Shown here piece after piece: positions 1-8,895 of a DNA stretch of 64,000 nt (position 1 is its first letter; each line of letters begins with the position of its first letter). Both the position numbers and the translations under genes were made by a program. The DNA is taken from the NCBI GenBank assembly GCA_963663385.2, contig CAXXXD010000002.1, positions 1,088,001 through 1,152,000 of the forward strand, written 5' to 3'. Below the pieces are notes generated by a model. It was not told the origin of the DNA and made no database searches. It saw only the letters and a list, made by a program, of their open reading frames with translations. This DNA is from Oceanispirochaeta sp. GTDB taxonomy: Bacteria > Spirochaetota > Spirochaetia > DSM-2461.

Positions 1-414
1 GTGGAAGCGAAGCCCGAGATTATCAATCACAATGTGGAAACCGTTCCGGCCCTCTATTCCGAAGTCCGTCCGGAAGCAGAGTACAACCGCTCCCTGGAGC
101 TCCTTTCCCGGGTGAAGGTAATGGACCCCTCCATCAGAACCAAATCGGGTATGATGCTTGGTCTTGGGGAAACAAAAGAACAGGTTCTGGGCGTCCTGAG
201 GGATCTGAGAGCCATGGACTGCGACTTTCTGACCATAGGGCAGTATCTGCAGCCTTCCCGGGAGCACCTGCCGGTTAAAGAGTATATTCACCCCGATGAG
301 TTTGCCTTCTATGAGAAAGAAGCTTTGAAGATGGGATTCAAGGCTGCCGCCTGTGCTCCCTTTGTCAGGAGTTCCTATAATGCGGCGGAGATGCTGGCGT
401 CTCTGAAGGATTAA
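1..414 (+). CDS. lipA: Lipoyl synthase, C-terminal part (gene runs off window start)
   Basis: Motifs [29 protein letters not shown] and PFVRSSY are diagnostic of LipA. Confidence 0.95.
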   Translation: MEAKPEIINHNVETVPALYSEVRPEAEYNRSLELLSRVKVMDPSIRTKSGMMLGLGETKEQVLGVLRDLRAMDCDFLTIGQYLQPSREHLPVKEYIHPDEFAFYEKEALKMGFKAAACAPFVRSSYNAAEMLASLKD

Positions 415-493
415 ACCAGCTTCAAAAAGAACCCGCGGTATAGATTAAAACACAGTTTTTGACATTCTGCGGGTTTTATATCTTTTCATTATA

Positions 494-868
494 TCAGTTA
501 TTAAGTCCTACAATCTTATAACTTTTCTCAACCAGTTTTTTGGCTTTGTTCAGATCCCGCGCATTGGGATTGGGGCTAGTCATGGGCCAGCCGCCGGCTC
601 TGCACTCTTTATCGCTGTAAAGGATACTCCACTGGCTGAAGTAGGCGCCGGAATGATTGGGCGCATCGTCAGAAAGCAGGAAGTGACCAAAATAGCTGAT
701 GCCACTGGTCAGTTCCAGGCCGTCTCTGGTCCGCTTGATCTTACCATACCCTCATTGCAGTCCAGGCCGTCAAGGCGATCGTATTTTTTAAGGTAGGATT
801 CTGCAAAATCACGGACAGACTGCAGGTCTGCCAGGTCCAGTCTGATAATATCGTAGCTGCCCTTTGTT
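494..868 (-). pseudogene. Degraded short-chain dehydrogenase/reductase (retinol dehydrogenase-like SDR) remnant
   Basis: Hand translation of the - strand gives KGSYDIIRLDLADLQSVRDFAESYLKKYDRLDGLDCNEGM, a frameshift, then KIKRTRDGLELTSGISYFGHFLL joined directly to a C-terminal segment SDDAPNHSGAYFSQ...AKKLVEKSYKIVGLNN*. There is no start codon, no GxxxGxG and no YxxxK. Not in the ORF track. Confidence 0.75.
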
Positions 869-1258
869 CTGCAGAATGAAGCGGCCCGGGATTATTTTGA
901 ACCGGAAATGCGTAAACGTCTGAATGAACTGGAAAGGGATGCCACCTTTGCCGCCCTGTTCCGCGCGGCTCTTATGGAACTGCTGCCTTTGGGGAAAACG
1001 GGCATTGGTGATACAGCAGAAAAACTCTGTGTCAGCACCCGGCCCCTGCAGCGCCGACTTAAATCGGAAAATACCAGTTATCAGCAGCAGCTGAATCACA
1101 GCCGGGAGCTTCTGGGACGACACTTTCTCAGGACTTCAGACATGAGTATTTCCGAAATAGCCTTTCTGTTGGGATTTGAGGAGCACAGCTCTTTCAGCCG
1201 CGCTTTTCATAACTGGACCGGGGTCTCTCCGGATGCTTTTCGGGCACAGGCCGGGTGA
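857..1258 (+). pseudogene. AraC-family regulator, N-terminally truncated (HTH domain only)
   Basis: LPFVLQNEAARDYFEPEMRKRL linker plus the AraC HTH (STRPLQRRL...ISEIAFLLGFEEHSSFSRAFHNWTGVSP). The ligand-binding domain and RBS are missing upstream. Confidence 0.75.
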
Positions 1259-1290
1259 AGTTCTGCACTTCTTTAGAAAAGAGTATACTG

Positions 1291-1384
1291 TTTAAGATAT
1301 AACTTGAAAAATAACTGATTCTGAATTTATTTCAGATATAACTGAAATTCTTTTCGATTTATCATCCTTTTTCAGATGTAAGTG
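1291..1384. promoter_or_regulatory. Three copies of a TTTCAG-N6-CTGAAA-like motif upstream of the AAA ATPase gene
   Basis: TTTAAGATATAACTTGAAA (1291), TTTCAGATATAACTGAAA (1330) and TTTCAGATGTAAGTG (1370), spaced 39 and 40 bp apart. Confidence 0.5.
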
Positions 1385-1413
1385 TGTTATAATGAAATTG
1401 AAAAGAGGAAAGA

Positions 1414-2625
1414 ATGAAGAATATTATAAGCAGGGATTTATATATTGAAAAAATTGTGCCCTTTTTGGATAAGGATATTATCAAGGTTCTGATTGGAGTT
1501 CGAAGATCCGGAAAATCCGTCCTTCTGGAACTGATAAAGAAGCATCTGATCCAAAATGGTATAGATGAAAAGCAGTTCCTTTCCTATAACTTTGAATCCT
1601 ATCAGACCATAAATTATAGATCCGATTCTGATTTGTATCATGAAATTCAAAAACGCATTGGTGATAGCAGGCCGCGGCATTACCTTTTTCTGGATGAGAT
1701 TCAGGAAGTAACCCGCTGGGAGCGTGTTGTCAATTCATTACGAGTGGATTTTGATGTTGATATTTATCTTACCGGGTCCAATGCTCATTTGTTATCGGGA
1801 GAGTTGGCAACCTATCTTGCCGGTCGATATGTGGAGATTCCTGTTTATCCATTTTCATATAAAGAATTTACAGTACTGGCAGAAAACCTGAAGCTTTCAT
1901 GGAATAAAGAAGAACTGTTTCAGAAATATGTTGTGCTTGGAGGAATGCCTTTTTCCGGGAATCTGGAACTGGAAGAAGGGCCGACTATCCAGTATATGGA
2001 GGATGTTTACAGATCTGTGTTGCTAAAGGATGTTATCGAACGAAATAAAATCAGGGATGTTGATCTGCTTGAGAGAATACTTGTTTACATTATTTCAAAT
2101 ATCGGCAGGACTTTTTCTGCAAAGAGTATTTCTGATTATATCAAAAGTGAGAATCGAAAAGTTGCTTCGGAAACAATCTACAACTATTTAAAAGCTTGTG
2201 AGAATGCCTGTCTACTCTATAAAGTTTCGCGCCAGGATCTGGTTGGAAAAAAGATTCTGAAAGTGCAGGAAAAGATTTTCATAGTTGATCATGGACTCAG
2301 ACAGGCTGTGTATGGAAAGAATCCGCAAAATATCGATCAGGTTCTTGAGAACATTATTTTTATGGAACTCTTACGGAGGGGCTATAGGGTAACGATTGGC
2401 AAGTATAAAGATAATGAGATTGATTTTGTTGCAGAAAAAGGGGACATGAGACAGTATTATCAGGTATGTTATATGCTGGCCTCAGAAAGTGTTATAGAGA
2501 GAGAATTTTCTGTTCTGGAAAATATAAAAGATAATTTCCCTAAATATGTTCTTAGTCTTGATACATTCAATTTCAGCAGGCAGGGGATCGAGCATATTAA
2601 CATAAAGGATTTCTTACTGGGTTAA
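1414..2625 (+). CDS. AAA_14/DUF4143 family ATP-binding protein
   Basis: Walker A GVRRSGKS, Walker B LFLDEIQ, LTGSNA, VDHGL and a C-terminal EIDFVA...QV nuclease-like motif. AT-richer than its neighbours. Confidence 0.9.
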   Translation: MKNIISRDLYIEKIVPFLDKDIIKVLIGVRRSGKSVLLELIKKHLIQNGIDEKQFLSYNFESYQTINYRSDSDLYHEIQKRIGDSRPRHYLFLDEIQEVTRWERVVNSLRVDFDVDIYLTGSNAHLLSGELATYLAGRYVEIPVYPFSYKEFTVLAENLKLSWNKEELFQKYVVLGGMPFSGNLELEEGPTIQYMEDVYRSVLLKDVIERNKIRDVDLLERILVYIISNIGRTFSAKSISDYIKSENRKVASETIYNYLKACENACLLYKVSRQDLVGKKILKVQEKIFIVDHGLRQAVYGKNPQNIDQVLENIIFMELLRRGYRVTIGKYKDNEIDFVAEKGDMRQYYQVCYMLASESVIEREFSVLENIKDNFPKYVLSLDTFNFSRQGIEHINIKDFLLG

Positions 2626-3635
2626 TCTTCCTCCTTCAGATACTCCTGATACTTCTTATACAGTCCGCGGAACTGGTCGTAGGTCAGACCAAGGCCTTCA
2701 GCGGCTTTTTTCTGGCTGAACCGGGACTCCTCCAGAGCCCTTTTAATAAAGGTGAGTTCCGTCTTCATCATATACTCTCTGTACTGGTCCAGTGAAACAT
2801 AGTCCAGGGGATCATCGGCCGTTTTCTCCGGCGCTCTTCCGTTGTCTTCCTTCAGATAGGGATTGGTAAAGGGGTTCAGATCAATGGTCTCAATAATTCC
2901 GTTCTCCGAACGGTAAACGGCCCGTTCCACCACATTCTTCAGTTCCCGCACATTCCCGGGCCAGCGATACTCCTCCAGCTGACTTATAACTTTTTCCGTA
3001 AAAACAGGCAGATCCGGCTGACCGGTTTCCCGGCTCATACGCATGGCAAAATGATTGGCCAGCACCATAATATCAGAGCTTCTGAACCGGAGGGGAGGAA
3101 GGTAGAGCACTTCAAAGGAGAGCCGGTCCAGCAGGTCTTCCTTGAATTTCCCCTGACGGCAGAGTTCCGGCAGGTCCGCGTTTGTGGCGCCGATAATCCG
3201 GACATCAACTTCCTGTTCCTGAGAACTGCCAACCCGTGTAAACCGGCCGTATTCCACGGTCCGTAGGATTTTCTCCTGGACCTCCATGGGGACCAGGCCT
3301 ATTTCATCCAGAAACAGGGTGCCTCCGTGAGCTTCTTCAAAGCGGCCTTTCCGCATTTTGGAGGCACCTGTAAAAGAACCGGATTCATGTCCGAAAAGTT
3401 CCGACTCCAGAAGCGACGGGGGAAGGGCGGCACAGTTCACAGGGATATAGGGCTCCTTCCAGCGGGAGGACAGATAGTGAAGCCTGGCGGCGGCCAGTTC
3501 CTTACCGGTTCCCCGTTCTCCGATCAGGAGTACGGAACGGTCCACCCGGGCAGCGTGGCTGAGTTTCTGCTGGAAGTCCAGAAAGACTTCTGATTCTCCC
3601 AGAGCTTCTCCGGGTAGTTTACGGTTTTCAGTCAT
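2622..3635 (-). CDS. pspF: Phage shock protein operon sigma54 activator PspF
   Basis: AAA+ bEBP with no N-terminal regulatory domain (GERGTGKE, GSFTGA, LFLDE, WPGNVREL) and PspF-type HTH QKKAAEGLGLTYDQFRGLYKK. Divergent from pspA. Start taken at MTENRK. Confidence 0.9.
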   Translation of the reverse strand: MTENRKLPGEALGESEVFLDFQQKLSHAARVDRSVLLIGERGTGKELAAARLHYLSSRWKEPYIPVNCAALPPSLLESELFGHESGSFTGASKMRKGRFEEAHGGTLFLDEIGLVPMEVQEKILRTVEYGRFTRVGSSQEQEVDVRIIGATNADLPELCRQGKFKEDLLDRLSFEVLYLPPLRFRSSDIMVLANHFAMRMSRETGQPDLPVFTEKVISQLEEYRWPGNVRELKNVVERAVYRSENGIIETIDLNPFTNPYLKEDNGRAPEKTADDPLDYVSLDQYREYMMKTELTFIKRALEESRFSQKKAAEGLGLTYDQFRGLYKKYQEYLKEED

Positions 3636-3655
3636 AGGCTTATTATACTGAAGAA

Positions 3656-3670
3656 TGGTGAAGTTTGCCA
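3656..3670. promoter_or_regulatory. Putative PspF upstream activating sequence
   Basis: Imperfect palindrome TGGTGAAGTTTGCCA about 75 bp upstream of the -24 element. Confidence 0.4.
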
Positions 3671-3742
3671 AATTATTTTTTTATCTGATGAATCGTCCTG
3701 TTGTAAACCCTGTATAGGCAGATTTTCGGGATGTAACACAAT

Positions 3743-3759
3743 TTGGCATGCTCTTTGTT
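3743..3759 (+). promoter_or_regulatory. sigma54 (-24/-12) promoter of the pspA operon
   Basis: TTGGCATGCTCTTTGTT = GG-N10-GT, about 45 bp before the pspA ATG, next to pspF. Confidence 0.75.
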
Positions 3760-3804
3760 ATATATGTTAGCAGATCAAAATGAATGAAAAGCTAGGAGGC
3801 TTGT

Positions 3805-4479
3805 ATGAGTATATTTTCGAGATTCAGGGATATTGTGAATTCCAATATAAACGATCTGCTGGATAAGGTGGAAGAACCGGAAAAAATGATCCGTTTAATG
3901 ATACAGGAGATGGAAGATACCCTGGTGGAACTGAAATCATCCTGTGCCGGGAAGATGGCTTCACGTGCGGAAGTTTCCCGTGAGAAGGAATTCAACGAGA
4001 AGAAACTGGAACGATGGGAAGGAAGAGCCCGTCTGGCCCTTGAAAAAAACAGAGAAGATCTGGCCCGGGAAGCTCTGCTGGAAAAGAAGAGCTGTCTGAA
4101 TCAGATTGATCTTCTGGACAAGGATCTGGTGCACTTTGAAAAGCTCATTGACGAGTGCAAATCCAATATTCTACAATTGGAACAGAAGCTGGAAGAAGTT
4201 CGGCAGAAGCATAAACTCCTGATACAGAGGAGCCGCCATGCGGCCGAGACCAAACAGGCCCGCAGTGTCATCCGGGAAGCATCCGGGACAGACGCTTTTA
4301 TGCGTTTTAACGAACTGGAAAAGAAGGTGGAACGGATGGAAGCTGAAGCGGACCTGTCCAATATCGGCATGAGCAGCAATGCAGGTATTGAACATGAGTT
4401 TGATAAGCTGGAATCCGAATCCGAGATTGATGACGAACTGGAAGCTTTAAAGAAATCCATGAAGAAGGGTAAAGAATAG
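3805..4479 (+). CDS. pspA: Phage shock protein A
   Basis: MSIFSRFRDIVNSNINDLLDKVEEPEKMIRLMIQEMEDTLVE N-terminus, coiled coil, and GGAGG RBS. Confidence 0.95.
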   Translation: MSIFSRFRDIVNSNINDLLDKVEEPEKMIRLMIQEMEDTLVELKSSCAGKMASRAEVSREKEFNEKKLERWEGRARLALEKNREDLAREALLEKKSCLNQIDLLDKDLVHFEKLIDECKSNILQLEQKLEEVRQKHKLLIQRSRHAAETKQARSVIREASGTDAFMRFNELEKKVERMEAEADLSNIGMSSNAGIEHEFDKLESESEIDDELEALKKSMKKGKE

Positions 4480-4482
4480 AAG

Positions 4483-4725
4483 ATGAATCCGATGATGACG
4501 CCTGTCTATATTGTAGCAATTGTAGTTGGAATCCCTGTGATCAGCGGCACTATAACCAAGATTATGAAAATTCACTATGCAAACCGCGATAGGGAGAGGG
4601 AATCCAGCCGGGATAAAGAAGTTGAAGCCCTAAGAGAGATTCAGGCCGGTCTGAAGGATCTGAGAGGGAGAGTGGAAAACCTGGAAACCATTCTCCTTGA
4701 CCTTGATAACAGGAGAGAGAGATGA
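4483..4725 (+). CDS. PspB-like single-pass membrane protein
   Basis: One TM helix and a coiled coil ending RVENLETILLD; lies between pspA and pspC. Confidence 0.7.
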   Translation: MNPMMTPVYIVAIVVGIPVISGTITKIMKIHYANRDRERESSRDKEVEALREIQAGLKDLRGRVENLETILLDLDNRRER

Positions 4726-5090
4726 TGGCATATGCAAGAAAAAGATTGTATCGATCGCGGAATGGAAAAATTTTCGGGGTCTGCCAGGGGATTGCCGACT
4801 GGCGGGACCTCCGGGTTGAATATATACGGATAATTCTTATTATGGCTTTTATCTTTACCGGTTTTTTTCCGGTGGGGGTACTGTATTTTCTGGCTGCCCT
4901 GATTATACCCATGGAGCCTGAAGGGTATCATACCCGTAGTGACCGCTCAGAATGGATGGGCGAGAAAAGCCGTATGTATGACAATGTCCGGGAGGATTTC
5001 AGGGACCTGAAAGACCGGATCAGGAATATGGAAGAACGGGTTTTCGACAAAGAGAAAGACTGGGAGGATCGTTTCAAACGCGGCCGGTAG
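4722..5090 (+). CDS. pspC: Phage shock protein C
   Basis: RLYRSRNGKIFGVCQGIADW PspC motif, TM helix and C-terminal coiled coil. Confidence 0.9.
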   Translation: MMAYARKRLYRSRNGKIFGVCQGIADWRDLRVEYIRIILIMAFIFTGFFPVGVLYFLAALIIPMEPEGYHTRSDRSEWMGEKSRMYDNVREDFRDLKDRIRNMEERVFDKEKDWEDRFKRGR

Positions 5091-5100
5091 TCTCAAACCA

Positions 5101-5181
5101 ACCCACACCCCTCATACCCCTCTCCTCCGGATGCATAGGCGAGTAGGAAGCTTGTTTCCGACCAGCCCGAAAGGAGAGGGG
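5101..5181. repeat. REP-like hairpin with a second small palindromic element nested in its loop
   Basis: Stem CCCCTCTCCT (5117-5126)/AGGAGAGGGG (5172-5181). The loop contains GCATAGGCGAGTAG-stem-CGACCAGCCCG, which matches the ends of the insert in the NFACT gene. Confidence 0.7.
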
Positions 5182-5222
5182 AAGATCTTTTCCTTAAATA
5201 AAAAATCTTTTATTCTTAACTT

Positions 5223-5639
5223 ATGAATCGCGAAGATCTTATAAAGGAAATTGAAGAGAAAGGCTGTTTCTCCTTTGCCCGCTCAGGCGGACCGGGCGGG
5301 CAGAATGTGAACAAGGTTAATACAAAAGTACTTTTAACCCTGTCTCCTGAACAACTCAGTCTGAATGAAAATCAGATCGAGCTGGTCAGGCAGAAGCTGA
5401 AGGGACGGGTAAACTGCAGGGGGGAGCTGTTTATTCAAATGCAGCAGGAACGCTCCCAGCTGATGAATCGCCAACTGGCTGCCGAAATGCTGGCCGATCT
5501 GATAATCAGAAGCCTTCATAAGCCCCGGGCCAGAAAGAAAACCAAACCGTCCAGAGCCTCTGTTCAGCGTCGTCTTGATACCAAGAAAAGACACTCGGAC
5601 AAAAAAAAATCCCGCAGCTCCTTCTCCGGGATGGAGTAG
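5223..5639 (+). CDS. arfB: Alternative ribosome rescue peptidyl-tRNA hydrolase ArfB (YaeJ)
   Basis: RSGGPGGQNVNKVNTKV, RSQLMNR and basic tail RKKTKPSRASVQRRLDTKK. Confidence 0.95.
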   Translation: MNREDLIKEIEEKGCFSFARSGGPGGQNVNKVNTKVLLTLSPEQLSLNENQIELVRQKLKGRVNCRGELFIQMQQERSQLMNRQLAAEMLADLIIRSLHKPRARKKTKPSRASVQRRLDTKKRHSDKKKSRSSFSGME

Positions 5640-5675
5640 GCTGCGGGATCCCTCCTGTTATTAAATAAAGAAGAA

Positions 5676-6155
5676 CTATTCCATTCCCTCGAATACATTG
5701 TCGAGGTGGCTGAAATCCTTACCGTTTGCTTCCAGTGATACCAGGTTTTCACCGGAAGATTCGATTTTTAGGGTCTTGATATTTCCACCTTTGAGATTAA
5801 CATCTAAAAGCAGGTCTCCTGCTTCGTTGACATCAATATCACCGCTTATCATTTCAAATGAAAAAACAGGTTTTTCTCCTTCAGGCATCTGACTCATCAT
5901 ATCAGCCATGGACAGAACAAAAGGCTCCACTTCAAAACTGTCAAAGACGACTGCCGACTTTCCTGTCTCCATATCCATATTGACTTCGGCTCCCTCGGGA
6001 GTTGTGCCGAACATGGACGACATGAAGACCATACCGAACAGGGATAGAACCGCTATTGTCGTTTCTGTGACTTCCGCATCGGTAGGCCCTTTGGCAAACA
6101 GGGAAGCCGGGATCAGAAGTGACAGGATCACTGCGATCAGTAAAAATTTCCTCAT
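5676..6155 (-). CDS. Hypothetical exported protein
   Basis: Signal peptide MRKFLLIAVILSLLIPASLFA and AGGAG RBS; no recognised domain. Confidence 0.75.
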   Translation of the reverse strand: MRKFLLIAVILSLLIPASLFAKGPTDAEVTETTIAVLSLFGMVFMSSMFGTTPEGAEVNMDMETGKSAVVFDSFEVEPFVLSMADMMSQMPEGEKPVFSFEMISGDIDVNEAGDLLLDVNLKGGNIKTLKIESSGENLVSLEANGKDFSHLDNVFEGME

Positions 6156-6270
6156 ATTTTTTCTCCTTAATCTAGTGTAATAGGCAAATATTCTCCTGGT
6201 TTGCTAAAAAAGAGAGATCCTGCCACTACTTTAATCATATGAGAAAAGCAGCGGACATTCGAATCCTTTT

Positions 6271-7020
6271 TCAATTATTGCCCAGGTAGTGGCACTTGGT
6301 TTCCATAATAGTCTGTTTTTCTATTTTTATTTCGCGCCAGGCTGTACGGCTGTCTGCAATCGTAAAGTCATCCGCATCCGGATCGAGACACCCCATAGTG
6401 GGAGGGGTAATGTAGACTTTCATATTGGCGTTATCCAGGGATATCATTTTTTCAACATGATAGTGTCCGCAGAAAACGGTCAGATTTTTGCCGGATTTGC
6501 GTATAGTCTCCTGAAACAGGTCCGGTGTTTTATAAGGGTAGTTTTTATCCATGAAAGGAACATCGCACAGACAGGGGGGGTGGTGCATAAACAGGATATT
6601 GTTTTCCGGCTGGGTACAGAGTTCCCGGGTTACCCAATTCTGCTGCTGCAGAGGCATCCTTTCCGAGGAGGAATCGAGGAACAGGAGTGATTCTCCCCTC
6701 ATGGCCACAGCTCCTGTCAGAATTACATGGGGAGCCTGGTCCTTCAGGTTGAAAATCTCCTGCATAAGCGAAGGTTTATCATGATTGCCGGGGGTGATTA
6801 TATAGGGGAGTTCCATGTCATCCAGCTGTTCTTTTATCCAGCTGTAAACTGCCGCTGATTCATCGGGATATGACAGGTCTCCGGTCAGTATAATCCCGTG
6901 CAGGTCCCTATTCTTCAGGGCATTCAGGGTATCAAGGAATTTCTGACGGGTATCCATATCCTTTGCAAAAACCCCTTCCTCTCCAATATGCGTATCTGTT
7001 ATATGAGCGATGTGCAGCAT
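6271..7020 (-). CDS. Calcineurin-like metallophosphoesterase (CpdA/Icc-like)
   Basis: Metal-binding motifs ITDTH, LTGDL, PGNHD, MHHPP and CGHYH. Confidence 0.85.
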   Translation of the reverse strand: MLHIAHITDTHIGEEGVFAKDMDTRQKFLDTLNALKNRDLHGIILTGDLSYPDESAAVYSWIKEQLDDMELPYIITPGNHDKPSLMQEIFNLKDQAPHVILTGAVAMRGESLLFLDSSSERMPLQQQNWVTRELCTQPENNILFMHHPPCLCDVPFMDKNYPYKTPDLFQETIRKSGKNLTVFCGHYHVEKMISLDNANMKVYITPPTMGCLDPDADDFTIADSRTAWREIKIEKQTIMETKCHYLGNN

Positions 7021-7055
7021 GGTGTAATTCTCCCTCTGATTTATAATTTATTTAT

Positions 7056-7739
7056 TCAATCGTCGTCTTCGTCATCCCATTTAACAGGAGGCCGTTTTAT
7101 TCCAAGTCTGCGGAGGCGGCGTTTTTCTTCTTCCTGGCGTTCCATCTCCTCTTTTTTCAGACGTTCCACACGGCGCATCTCTTCCTGCTCCTTGGCCATA
7201 AGCCAGGGAGGGGCGGCTTCCTGATTGGTCTGGGATTTTACCTTGATCTTTCCCGGAAGTTTTGTTTTATTGAGGACAGTTCTGCTGATGGTTTCGGGTT
7301 TGACCCTGGCACCGGTCAGGGACACTTCCGTCATATCGGCCCCTTCCATATCGGCGTTTTCAAGGTTGCACCTTCCCATACGTGCTCTGGTGAAATTGGT
7401 CTTCTTAAGTATGGAATTCTGAAGATCCGCCCCGTTCAGGTTGGCGTTCCGCATATCCGCATGGCTCAGGTTCGCCCCGGTAAGGATGGTGTTTTCCATT
7501 TTGGCAAAACGGAAGTCTGTACCGCTCAGATCGGCATTTGCCAGATTGGCGCCGTTAAGATTAATTTCCTTCAGGTTTTGATCCGAGAGGTTGATCCCTT
7601 TCAGATTGGCACGAAAACGGGGACCGTTCTGGGTATTAAACTTATTCCAAATAAGGATATTATCCTCTTCCAGTGCACGTATCAGTATTTTTAACTGACG
7701 TTCGTTGCCGGTAAAACCGGATTGATCTCCAAGGGTCAT
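7056..7739 (-). CDS. Pentapeptide-repeat protein
   Basis: Long A(D/N)LXX run (ANLKG INLSD ... ADLSG ... ANLNG ADLQN) and charged C-tail. Start set at MTLGDQ after the GAAGGA RBS. Confidence 0.85.
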   Translation of the reverse strand: MTLGDQSGFTGNERQLKILIRALEEDNILIWNKFNTQNGPRFRANLKGINLSDQNLKEINLNGANLANADLSGTDFRFAKMENTILTGANLSHADMRNANLNGADLQNSILKKTNFTRARMGRCNLENADMEGADMTEVSLTGARVKPETISRTVLNKTKLPGKIKVKSQTNQEAAPPWLMAKEQEEMRRVERLKKEEMERQEEEKRRLRRLGIKRPPVKWDDEDDD

Positions 7740-7913
7740 GAAATTCCTTCTCTCGTTTAAATATATTTGCATCAGATAATAGAGAATTTCCGGCTTAGTT
7801 TCAATCAATACTGCCCCGACAAAGAAATATTTCAGGAATTTGTGGCTTCAGGGCTGGAAAAGTTATTATTTTTTGATGAAAATAATCGTAAATTACTAGG
7901 AAATGAGGTTTAA

Positions 7914-8501
7914 ATGGCAAATATTGGAAACAGCATTACAGCAGAATTTGTTCTGAAACGTCCGGACGGTTCTCTGGTGGACAGTTCCAAACACAGCGGA
8001 AATATTAATTATATCGAAGGCCTGGGTATGGTGGTTCCGGGAATTGAAAAAGCTTTGAAGGACAGAGGCGAAGGAGAGGAGTTTGATCTGACCCTGGATC
8101 CTGCTGATATGTATGGCTCAATAGATGAGTCCAATACCATGGAAGTATCTGCTGCCGATTTTCATGGTAAGGCCGATGAGCTGGAAGCTGGAATGATTAT
8201 TGAAGCTGAAACGGAAAAGGGGCTGCAGATTATGACTGTAAAGTCTATTGACGGGGATAAAGTCATACTGGATGCCAATCATCCCCTGGCAGGTATGGCC
8301 CTTCAGTTTTCCGGTAAGGTTCTGAACTGCCGCCCTGCTACTCAGGAAGAAGTTGACCGTTTAACAAAAAGCAGCTGTGGTTGCGGCTGCGGTGGTCATG
8401 ATCACGATGATGACCATGAGTGCTGCGGTGGTGAAGGGGGCGATGACTGCTGCGGCAGCGGTTCAGACAATAGTGAAGGCTGCGGCTGCGGCGGTCACTA
8501 G
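7914..8501 (+). CDS. slyD: FKBP-type peptidyl-prolyl isomerase SlyD with Cys/His-rich tail
   Basis: VVPGIEKAL, LDANHPLAG, RPATQEE and C-terminal CGCGCGGHDHDDDHECCGG. Confidence 0.9.
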   Translation: MANIGNSITAEFVLKRPDGSLVDSSKHSGNINYIEGLGMVVPGIEKALKDRGEGEEFDLTLDPADMYGSIDESNTMEVSAADFHGKADELEAGMIIEAETEKGLQIMTVKSIDGDKVILDANHPLAGMALQFSGKVLNCRPATQEEVDRLTKSSCGCGCGGHDHDDDHECCGGEGGDDCCGSGSDNSEGCGCGGH

Positions 8502-8630
8502 ACCCCTCTCAATCTCCCCACAGGGGAGAAGCAGTATAGTTTCTTATCTTAAAACTTTAGTCTAACTCTTCGCAGGTGAGAAGCAAGACGATTTTTCCCC
8601 CCTCCTCGAGGAGGGGGCCAGGTGGAGGTC
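8501..8630. repeat. REP doublet (type A hairpin 8501-8529 plus inverted type B 8597-8630) between convergent genes
   Basis: GACCCCTCTCAATCTCCCCACAGGGGAGA is 26/29 identical to 13337-13365. CCCCCCTCCTCGAGGAGGGGGCCAGGTGGAGGTC resembles 13384-13414 and 18785-18819. Confidence 0.75.
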
Positions 8631-8892
8631 AGGGAGCGCTTTTCCGCTTTGTCAAACCTGACTTTACCGATACCCCCGGGATTTTGCCCAGTTTTCCCGT
8701 CAGTCCTCCCAGTTCATCCGTTCCGGACTGAACAATAAGGGTGATAACGGATATCTGATCGTCCTCCAGATGAGGGAGTCCCATCCGGCCCAGGATTATA
8801 TCACTGTATTCGGATAGGACTTTCTGAACTTCAAGAGCGTAATCCTTTTTTTTCTCAAGGGTTATGCCGACAAATCCATAGCGCTTTTCCAT
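8629..8892 (-). CDS. TM1266-family ACT-fold protein (iron-only hydrogenase system putative regulator)
   Basis: MEKRYGFVGI...LSEYSDIILGRMGLP...LTGKLGKIPGVSVKS pattern. Confidence 0.8.
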   Translation of the reverse strand: MEKRYGFVGITLEKKKDYALEVQKVLSEYSDIILGRMGLPHLEDDQISVITLIVQSGTDELGGLTGKLGKIPGVSVKSGLTKRKSAP

Positions 8893-8895
8893 TTC

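Noticed and set aside
5601..5609. A9 tract in arfB as a phase-variation site
   Set aside because: It encodes KKK in the normal basic tail, and the frame is intact.
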